A stretch of DNA of 64,000 bases from Williopsis jadinii (lineage: Eukaryota), in assembly GCA_024346625.1 (NCBI GenBank), contig AP024664.1, forward strand, positions 310,001 to 374,000, written 5' to 3'. The translations under genes and the position numbers were made by a program. The notes under the pieces were generated by a model. It ran no database searches. It was not told the origin of the DNA and saw nothing but the letters and a program-made list of their open reading frames with translations. Below, in pieces: positions 10,652-19,650 of this stretch; position 1 is the first letter of the stretch; each line of letters opens with the position of its first letter.

Positions 10652-12109
10652 ATGCTTCGATCAGCTTATAGTACCATGACCACTGGATTTCAGCCAGAGG
10701 TACGTGCACTGACGCAGAAGTTAGACCAGATTTGTCCCCGTTTTGAACTATCACAAGGGCAAATTGAAATCATCCAAGATCCCAAGATCTTCTATTCAAC
10801 TTTGAAAGAGAAGATAGCCACTGCAGAAAGACGAATCTTTTTATCATCTTTGTATATTGGCAAGACCCAAGATGAGCTGATAGAATGTCTTGCAGATGCA
10901 CTGAGAGAGAAGCCCGACTTAAAGCTGACCATATTGACCGATGCGCTCAGAGGTACCAGAGAAGCACCGTCAAAATCTTCAGCTTCATTGCTAGCAGAGC
11001 TCATGGAAAAACACGAATCACAAGTGGATATTAGAATGTATCACACTCCTCACTTACATGGCTTAATGAAGAGTTTGGTTCCAAACAGATTTAACGAAGG
11101 ATTCGGCTTACAGCATATGAAAATTTATGGATTTGATGACAGCGTTATCCTCTCTGGTGCTAATTTGTCTTCTGATTATTTCTCTGATCGTCAGGATCGT
11201 TATTATCATTTCAAATCCAAAGATTTGTCCGATTATTACTTCAAAATTCAATCTACTGTGGGCTCTCTAAGTTATAAGTTAGTGCACTCCAATAATGAAT
11301 CCAAGTTCAAGTTGATATGGCCGTCAACAAACACACTAGATGACCCAGTTAAGAACTGGAGAGCGTTCATCGATGGGTCCTCAAAGATCCTTGGAAAACT
11401 TTTGGAGCACAAACACTCTGTAAAACCCGAATTGCAGGGACGTTTAACATATGTGTATCCAGTCTCCCAATTTACTCCGTTGTTTAACAAAGATAACGAT
11501 GGCTCAACAGAGAAGAAGAGTGTTTTGACATTATTAGATTATGCTAATGATCCTAAAATTAAATGGAGTTTCACAGCTGGGTATTTCAACATGCTGCCCG
11601 AAATTAAGAAGAAGTTATTAGATTCGAACTCCAAAGGTGTCGTGATCACGGCTTCTCCATTTGCCAATGGATTTTACAAATCCAAGGGGGTTTCCGGTCA
11701 TCTTCCAGACGCTTACCAGTACTTGTCAAAAGTTTTCTTAAGAGATGTTCACAAGGCACAAAAGGATGATGATATTAAACTTAAAGAATGGAAGAAAGGT
11801 GTTGTTAACACTCCAAATGGTTGGTCTTATCATGCAAAGGGCTTTTGGGCAACGTCTCCAGATGAAGAAACACCGAGTATCACCATCATTGGTTCTTCCA
11901 ATTATACAAGAAGGGCCTATAACTTCGACCTTGAGAGTAATGCAATTGTGATCACAAGGGATCCTCAACTCAAAGAGGCGATGAAGAAAGAACTAGATAA
12001 CATTTTAGAGCATACTACAGAACTCAACCTTGAGGATTTCAAAGAAAAAGATAGAAGGATCCCAACTGGTGTTGTGTGGGCTACTAAAATCCTCGGTAAG
12101 AGACTGTAA
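10652..12109 (+). CDS. PGS1: Phosphatidylglycerophosphate synthase
   Basis: PLD-superfamily motifs GLQHMKIYGFD, SGANLS.DYF..RQDRY, WSYHAKGFW, IGSSNYTRR. Confidence 0.94.
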   Translation: MLRSAYSTMTTGFQPEVRALTQKLDQICPRFELSQGQIEIIQDPKIFYSTLKEKIATAERRIFLSSLYIGKTQDELIECLADALREKPDLKLTILTDALRGTREAPSKSSASLLAELMEKHESQVDIRMYHTPHLHGLMKSLVPNRFNEGFGLQHMKIYGFDDSVILSGANLSSDYFSDRQDRYYHFKSKDLSDYYFKIQSTVGSLSYKLVHSNNESKFKLIWPSTNTLDDPVKNWRAFIDGSSKILGKLLEHKHSVKPELQGRLTYVYPVSQFTPLFNKDNDGSTEKKSVLTLLDYANDPKIKWSFTAGYFNMLPEIKKKLLDSNSKGVVITASPFANGFYKSKGVSGHLPDAYQYLSKVFLRDVHKAQKDDDIKLKEWKKGVVNTPNGWSYHAKGFWATSPDEETPSITIIGSSNYTRRAYNFDLESNAIVITRDPQLKEAMKKELDNILEHTTELNLEDFKEKDRRIPTGVVWATKILGKRL

Positions 12110-12170
12110 AAGCAGCTTAGAAGACATATATACATTTCTTTCATAAAGTAGAATGGCCAAGTTGTGAAAT

Positions 12171-13256
12171 TTAATCAAGTCTCTCTTCATCTTTAACAAC
12201 AAATAGAGATGGTAGTACCTTGATCTCTGTGCCATAGACTTTAAATTGGTATAGGACAAAAGATGACATCAAGAAACGAATCTTTTCACACGAGGTTAGT
12301 AGAGTCCATTGGAAAAGCTATTAAAAAGAAAATCGGCTCACGATGATTGTCAATGTATTATCCCTGTTCTGTATCAATTGTGTTAGTGATCTGAGATATT
12401 TACAGTCAGTTGAAAGTGTAAAAAGCAATCACTCACTATTGGGGATAGAAAAAACATTGTTACGTCTGTGAAATATCTAATCATAATGAGAATGAAAGAA
12501 GAAATAGCCTCTAGAAGTATTGCATCTTTATTCAATTCACAAAAGTTCATACCCAAGAAATTAGTTGTGATCTATTGATAATGTCAGCTTATATGTAGAT
12601 GAAAATGCAATAGCTTAGCGTAAGTACTCACTTGTGGAACCCATTTTACTGCAGATGCTAATTGAGAAGCATACCATATGAAATCAAAAATGTCGATGAA
12701 GAAAAAACCATATGTTCCTGGTTTTGAATCATCTCGTGTGTTCACATTTAAACCTATCCATATACTTATTGAGAAAACCACCAATGCAAAAAGTTTTGAA
12801 TATATGGACACATATTGGAACATATGTCTTGACATACGGTATTTTATACACTGATAGATCAGCATAGTAACAAGAAGTAAGGATAGCAGTGAAAAGAATG
12901 CTTCTAAATGTGATAATGGCACCTGTGGGTGGACAGGAAACCGTCTCGCATACTGCTTTTCAACATATTGTAGTTGATATCCAAAATTCACAAAGAGTGT
13001 GCAAATAAACTGTATCAACTGAAGACATACGTTAGTAACTCAGTGTATAACCCTTGAAGTTCCAATTCACTTACTGAGAAGAATACATAGTCAAAGGAAA
13101 ATCCATAAATCGACCGTGATTGTCGAACACGATAGACTTGGAGTGCAACAATACCAATCTAGTTATATTGGTCAGCGTCACATTTTTATAGATCAGAAAG
13201 ACATGGTGATAACTTACCCTCAGAAATGATGTGAGTGTCTCTAGCTGTATGAGCAT
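12171..13256 (-). CDS. YCL002C-like PQ-loop-type membrane protein, at least 4 introns (3' exon structure uncertain)
   Basis: Exons 13256-13218, 13158-13075, 13018-12632 join in phase (RSIYGFSFDY; KWVPQ); further GTGAGT introns downstream and a last segment LYQFKVYG...LD* ending at 12171; lies between PGS1 and RER1 like YCL002C. Confidence 0.7.
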
Positions 13257-13499
13257 GGTTTAACCCAAGTTGTTGGGTAGATAGAAAGCAGATTAAAGGT
13301 ATTTACACTTCTGTTTAGGCAGGTTAAGCATATCCGTAATAAGCTCATATAAACAAATGTTGTCCAAACCATGTTCCCGCGATCTGAAAAAACAACCAGT
13401 TGAGCATGAAAAAAAACACACGTCGAAGGAGTACCAAAAACACAATAATCAAGAACATCCATACTATCTGTATTGTGGGTTTGAAGGGTAAACATAACA

Positions 13500-14051
13500 A
13501 TGGAAGACATACCATTACCAGAATATAGTAAGAACTTTGTGGTTAACTTCTTCCAAAGAATCAAGGTAACATACAGAAGATATCTCGATGCTTCCACTCC
13601 TCATGTCAACTACAGATGGGGCTCATTTGCCGTACTTCTTGTTTTGTTCATGACCCGTATTCTCTTAGCCCAAGGATGGTACATCATATGTTATGGTCTT
13701 GGTATCTATCTTCTAAACTTGTTCTTGGCCTTCTTACAACCGAAGTTTGATCCATCATTACAACAAGAATTGCAAGATGAATCTGTGGAAAGTGGTGAAC
13801 ACACAGCTGAATTTAGACCTTTTATCAGAAGGCTTCCAGAGTTCAAATTCTGGTATCGTGGTACTATAGCTACTGTGGTAAGTCTACTTCTAACTCTCAC
13901 CAACTTAACTGATGTTCCTGTGTTCTGGCCAATTCTATTAATCTATTTTATTGTTCTCTTCCTTTTAACTATGAGAAAGCAAATCCAACAGATGATAAAG
14001 TACCGTTACATACCATTTGACCTTGGAAAGAAAAAATACGGATCCAAATGA
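13500..14051 (+). CDS. RER1: ER retrieval receptor Rer1
   Basis: YLDASTPH, GIYLLNLFLAFLQPKFDPSL, EFRPFIRRLPEFKFW, VFWPILL, KKKYGSK. Confidence 0.96.
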   Translation: MEDIPLPEYSKNFVVNFFQRIKVTYRRYLDASTPHVNYRWGSFAVLLVLFMTRILLAQGWYIICYGLGIYLLNLFLAFLQPKFDPSLQQELQDESVESGEHTAEFRPFIRRLPEFKFWYRGTIATVVSLLLTLTNLTDVPVFWPILLIYFIVLFLLTMRKQIQQMIKYRYIPFDLGKKKYGSK

Positions 14052-14963
14052 ATAGGTGTGAATAACTCCATTGGCAGCTTAGTGGATGTCAATATCAATT
14101 TAGAGGAATGAAATTGCCGGTATTGGTTACAGATACGTTGACTCTTAGCTCACAAGCACTTTAGCAAATTTTATACAGGACCAAAACAGTTTGTGTGGGT
14201 GGGCTATTAACGGTATTTAGTTTTATTCTCCTGAATTTATACAATACACGTATTCGACTTCTAATTAAAATTCATAGATCAGAACTTCGAAGATGGACTT
14301 ACCAGCATTTATCCAATTATAGAGGTTACCTTTCTTTTGGTGGGCGTATTTTCAATCTTGTCATATAAGATCATTTAGGTCATAACAGATACTGTATATT
14401 GAGCGCTTAGAAAACTTGCCATACCTGTGCATCACACCCAAGTAATATACGTAAAGAACACAAATTTGAGTCTTGTCAAAAGATTCCAACAATTCTAACT
14501 AAATCCCATTAGAATGATGCTAATAGAAATAGCAAACCTCACTTCAATTTTCCTCAACGTCACCAAAATGTTGTTCACACTCGGACTAAGAGATATACAA
14601 AGTATGAGCATGTAATCTTCAAGAAAGTCTGGGATATATCAATTCATAGTTTGTATGGTATAATCAAGAAAAACCCAAAAATTTGCTTATATCACAATCA
14701 CGAAGCAAAATAAGGGAACTCTAAGACTGCCACACACTAAAACTGACTTCTATCATCCCATCTACCAACTTTTAACTTGGTTGGAGCCATGATTCCTTCA
14801 AATTAAAAAGGGACATGTTGCTCCACATATGTAATCCTGGTTCTTCGTTGCCCCAGCAAGAGTAAAAATGTTAGGATGTTTCCAATTTTTATAGGCATTG
14901 TTTACATTTTGAATTCTTATCAACACAAAATGACACAAAACCAATAAAGCTTTATACACAAAA

Positions 14964-16250
14964 ATGGAAACATTACAGGCTAATAACCTCAAACAGAGCA
15001 TCAAACAGTAAAAGCAGAATCCCTAGAGGATGTCCAAAGAAAATTTGAAGAACTTTCACTGGGGACATCGGACAACGTTTTCAAACTTGAAGAAGAAACA
15101 TCAGCGGCTAATCCAGAACCACAGCGGCACCTTCAAACATATGAGCGTATGACACAACAGGTATTTTGGGACAGAATAACCGACCTATTATGAGAGCAAG
15201 ATACAGAGCCTTCAAGTTCTGTCACAGGATACCCATGCAGAGATCACAGACTTACCACAACAGCTGACAATGCCTAAACCTGAAATTGATAATGGAACTA
15301 TGGCTGATAGATTAAGAGATACACAAAGAAACGCAGCACAGGTAGCAGAAATAGCGTTAGAAGAAATTAGACGTGATGGTGCTTTTGATTATGATCCAAA
15401 CTTTGAATACATCATTGAGGATGACACCAACGGTTTTAATGAGAATGATGATCCAGTTTATGAACAACAACAACAACCGCAGAGACCATTGAGACTACAG
15501 AACTCAGTGTAGAATCCAGGTGGCCTTGAGAAATGTTACGGTTATTGTCATGCTCTCTTTATCGATACTGAATTGCCATCTTTCTGTTGCGACAGGGCCG
15601 AAGTTTTACTCGGTGAGATATTCAAGGAACCTCCACAGTACATGAAGGACATCTTATTGGATCCAATCACCTCTAAATATTCTCGAACAATCAGTGCTGG
15701 TGATCCAAGGGGTGAAACTTATTCAATGACCATCAACGGACGTTTATTCCATAGATTTGATGGTATAATAGCTCAAGAAAATGGACAAGAGAAATTGGAA
15801 GAGATTAATACACTATATTCAGATTTCGCTACAAACGGTCACGTTGAATTGCTTAGAGGCGTTCTTCAAAACGATGAAGAATAAAATAAACTTGAGGACT
15901 ACATTAGCAAAATTGGTGAATTTCTATCTCAAAACAATCGTTATACACAGCTGTTATATACCGCTAGAGAAATTGTTCAACAGAAGATTACGGATATGGG
16001 ATTAACAAGAGATGAGACTGTCCTTGAATTTACCAATATTGAACCAACAGCACCAATAAATTCAGAAGATCGTACTTCTCTATTACCAGAGGTTAAAGAG
16101 TTTGCCTTGGTGCGCCGAAGTATAACAGCAGAAAATACTTCAATATCAATGTAAAGGAAAGATCTACAAGTGGCTTCACTTTTATCAATACTATGTGCAA
16201 AAGTGCTTTTTGATCTTTGAGATGTCCTCTTTTAACAAATAAAGGACGAG
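14964..16250 (+). mobile_element. Degenerate Helitron Rep/helicase N-terminal coding relic
   Basis: One frame 15270-16154 interrupted by stops at 15510 and 15882 reads CYGYCHALFIDTELPSFCCDRAEV, YSMTINGRLFHRFDGI, FLSQNNRYTQLLYTARE, RTSLLPEVKEFAL; after a frameshift GFTFINTMCKSAF*SLRCPLL. These follow the order of conserved Helitron Rep N-terminal blocks. Confidence 0.72.
15088..15236 (+). repeat. Repeat B copy 1 (part of the Helitron 5' coding relic)
   Basis: TGAAGAAGAAACATCAGCGGCTAATCCAGAACCACAGCGGCA identical to 17301 onward, with diverged similarity continuing to ...CAAGTTCTGTCACAG.ATACCCAT. Confidence 0.9.
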
Positions 16251-16569
16251 ACAAATCTTTTTCATACTAACGGTACTCAAATTAGTATCATTCTAGCATA
16301 TCCACACCATATACACTCTTGTGAATACTTCTACGAAATCTTACCCTACAGTTTTAGAAGACTCTCTAGCCGTTGATTTCGTCAGCTTCAAATGCCCATA
16401 CTATTGAACGAGGGACCAAGCATTAAAGCCGATACCCGACGGGCCACGCAGAGTAACTTGACCCTGAAGAGCCGAATCGCGTTCAGTATACCGAAGTACT
16501 ACACCTTGTATTTGATTATAATATCAAGCACCTCAGAGTATCCACCATAACTGTTTTCGATACTTAAAT

Positions 16570-16601
16570 GAAGCCCAATGAAATTGGGCCTTCCATACTA
16601 A
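16570..16601 (+). other. Possible Helitron 3' terminus (hairpin + CTRR)
   Basis: Stem GCCCAAT(16573-79)-GAA-ATTGGGC(16583-89), extendable by GAA/TTC with one bulge, followed by CTAA (16598-16601) and then T. Confidence 0.45.
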
Positions 16602-16713
16602 TTTTTAGTGCTTCAGTGAATATTCTACAAAAGATGGGAAATAACCGAAAAAGTACAAAACAAACAAACAAAACAGTTAAGAGGAGAACTTAACTAAATC
16701 ACTTTGGCATATA

Positions 16714-17229
16714 TTATTAAAAACTAACTTTCCATTTTTCTCAAAGTTTCCAGTTTTTGCTCCATATTACTACTCTATGTTTGTTTTAGGTCAGTCAGTA
16801 CCGATCTCTCATGTGGAGCAAAAAGATTTACTGTGTCATGACCGAAAATTTGCGTTGTGGTTTACTTTAAATTAAGATCAAATCTATTGCAGACGCAACT
16901 AATATCCATTCACATTTATTCATTAAAAAGCAAGAAAAACAAAAACAAACTTCTTCTATTTTATGAAAATCATCAAAAGCTTATAGAATTTGAAGATATA
17001 AAAACACAACAAAGCTATGAAAGCAATGAGGGGACGATTTGATGAACAGAAGGAGCTATTCCCATTAATTTAATATCTACCAATAGATATGTCAGTCAAA
17101 CATGTCAGAAGTCATACTCACTAATTATATGAGCGGGTGCGTTAGATATTTATATGAGTTTGCATCTTTCTACATGGGGCTTTCAAGTAACTGGAAGTAA
17201 TACAACTTTTGTTTAAGTTGATAAAAACA
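16714..17229 (+). repeat. Direct repeat A copy 1 (~516 bp)
   Basis: Colinear, high-identity match to 17651-18165 from TTATTAAAAACTAA to GTTTAAGTTGATAAAAACA. Confidence 0.95.
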
Positions 17230-17262
17230 AAAAACAAAAAAACAAAAAACAAAAAAACAAAA

Positions 17263-17298
<36 letters not shown>
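17223..17298 (+). repeat. A-rich tract ending in A34
   Basis: (A)5-7C units followed by an uninterrupted A run at 17265-17298. Confidence 0.95.
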
Positions 17299-17300
<2 letters not shown>

Positions 17301-17303
<3 letters not shown>

Positions 17304-17468
17304 AGAAGAAACATCAGCGGCTAATCCAGAACCACAGCGGCAAGCTCAAACGAATGGAGGTACGAGACAACAAGAAGACCCATTAATTATTGAGATAGAC
17401 TAACTGACCTGTTATGAGAACAAGATATGGGACCAAGAAACCTCCAAGTTCTGTCACAGAATACCCAT
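17301..17468 (+). repeat. Repeat B copy 2
   Basis: Diverged duplicate of 15088-15236, starting 2 nt after the A34 tract. Confidence 0.9.
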
Positions 17469-17650
17469 AAAAACTATGCAAAGCAACTAGCATATAGTAC
17501 GATTTGATAGGAGATCATTGAATGGAGCTATGATTATTCAGGTACTTAATTTCCCTTATCTACCAATAGATATGTTCCATCAGTGAAGTCAATGTCAGGT
17601 CCACATCATGGTCATAACAGGAGAGAGCGGGTGTAGCGGTTATCAACTTG

Positions 17651-18165
17651 TTATTAAAAACTAATTTTCCATTTTTCTCAAGATTTCGAGTTTTTGCTCC
17701 ATATTACTACCCTATGTTTGTTCTAGGTCAGTCAGTACCGATCTCTCATGTGGAGCAAAAACATTTACTGTGTCATGACTGAGAATTTGCATTGTGGTTT
17801 ACTTTAGATTAAAATCAAATCTGTTGCAGACGCAAGTGATATCCATTCACATTGATTCATTAAAAAGCAAGAAAAACAAAAACAAACATCTTCTACTTTA
17901 TGACAATCATCAAAAGCTTATAGAATTTGAAAATATAAAAAACAACACAGTTATGAATGCAATAAGGGGAAGATTGGATGAACAGAAGGAGTTATTCCCA
18001 TTAATTTAATATCTACCAATAGATATGTCAGTCAAACATGTGAGAAGTCATACTCACTAATTATATGAGTGGGTGCGTTAGATATTTATATGAGTTTGCA
18101 TCTTTCTACATGGGGCTTTCAAGTAACTGGAAGTAATACTACTTTTGTTTAAGTTGATAAAAACA
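17651..18165 (+). repeat. Direct repeat A copy 2 (~515 bp)
   Basis: Match to 16714-17229; followed by a shorter A-rich tail. Confidence 0.95.
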
Positions 18166-19650
18166 GCAGGCAGAAAACAAAAAACAAAAACAAAAAAAAG
18201 ATACACACACAAAAAACTTACCATAATGAAGATAAATGAAAGCTATCTAAAATTTCCAGACATTTTCTGAAAAAGTGGCTGCCAGCTTTATTGCTTTGCT
18301 TTAAATTTATAAAGAAAACTTCTTTGAAATCGAATATGAAACAAGAGGAAACGGATGAAAGGATAAAACACAAATACAGGAAAACATTATTACAAATAAA
18401 GCACCTGTAAGAGATAAATTTGTTACATTTAAAGGATTCTACTTACATATACAGAGAAAGCAATTTCATAGACATAGGGTCTACCGAACAGTCTTGATAT
18501 TTCAGACTAGTATTTTTGTTGTATTATGGGGCTTGGTCGGTATGTTAGTAAAAAGTTCATTTTAAAATTTTCCAAGAAGTGTTTTTATTGCAGAAAAATA
18601 TCCGTGGTTCAAGAGATAATGGGCTGTAAATTTGTTTTGTACCAAAAATATCTTAATTAATACAAAGAATACCTTTTATGAAGGTAGATCAAGATCTTAA
18701 ATTTCATTACTCAGAAATGAATATACTTGAAACTTCCGAAATACTATGTTATGGGGAACAAATAAGAGGAGCCATTTCATATTTATTTTGGAAAGATCGT
18801 TTTCTATGCGCAGTTGTTGGAATAGCGATATTATCATGACCTTATATTCAGTCAGAGAAAATAGGGTACGAATTTGAAAACAATGTTTCAGCTTCAAAGA
18901 GGACCTTTAAACGGTCAGGCAAAAGTTGAGGTGTCAGTGTGTATAAAAATGTTCAATTCATTTTTGGTTGAAAGATGCTTTAAAAGGTTGGTGCAAAGAA
19001 TCATATATGTGTATTGGCTAGTTAAAAGTTGCTTTATTAAAAATATATGCAAACTAAATTGTCTATACGATTGATAAGGTGAAACTTAGATAAACAATGA
19101 AAAAGGAAGGTGCTTTGAAAACCGACCAGCTTCAAATAAATATGTAACTATTTTTATGGATGTGAAAATTAAATGTTGTCGAATCTGCTGTTTCTAGATT
19201 TGTAGATGAAAATGTTGACGTGAGAGTTTTCATTTGTTTGTATTTTATATTATGCTTTGATTACTACTCATAGCTTGGGTTTAGCATGGCCTGAGTAAGT
19301 AGGAAGATCCAATAAATTGACTGTTGTCGTTTTGAAATTAAATACTGAAATGAATAAAAGTTTGACGAGAAAAGACCTGAAATATATAAAAATGTTTTGT
19401 ATTATTTAAGTCGGTTACATTCTCTCACTTTATTGTAACAACCATTATAGTGATGGGGAAAAAATAAAACATAAGCCACATAAGGAGATATTGTTCTTTA
19501 TTGAAAGGATGGAATCATTTTCTGGAAATGTCAAAAATTAAATATTACTTGGTTTTTGATGAATTGTAGAAGAAAAAGTAAATGCTGCTATTCTCTTTCT
19601 TTACATTTTCCATGTTTCCTGATTCTGGCTATGTCACTTTAAGTTGTTGA
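18166..19650. other. AT-rich unique core (candidate CENP-A/Cse4 domain or replication origin)
   Basis: Hand count 138 G+C in 480 nt (18181-18660, ~29% GC); no credible ORF; many A/T runs. Confidence 0.5.

Noticed and set aside
16462..16500. CTGAAGA as a hammerhead ribozyme core, and minus-strand GTGTAGTA as U2 snRNA
   Set aside because: No GAAA/NUH arrangement with supporting stems, and no other U2 sequence around the octamer.
17209..17403. Poly-Lys ORF
   Set aside because: Translation of the A tract plus the duplicated Helitron fragment; non-ATG start.
16857..18009. Two similar short ORFs (61 and 71 aa) inside repeat A
   Set aside because: GTG starts, a frameshift between copies and no recognisable domain; they are by-products of the duplication.
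16714..18165. Full-length LTR retrotransposon formed by the two direct repeats
   Set aside because: The interior is only about 420 bp with no PBS, PPT or gag/pol, copy 1 does not start with TG, and no target-site duplication was seen.
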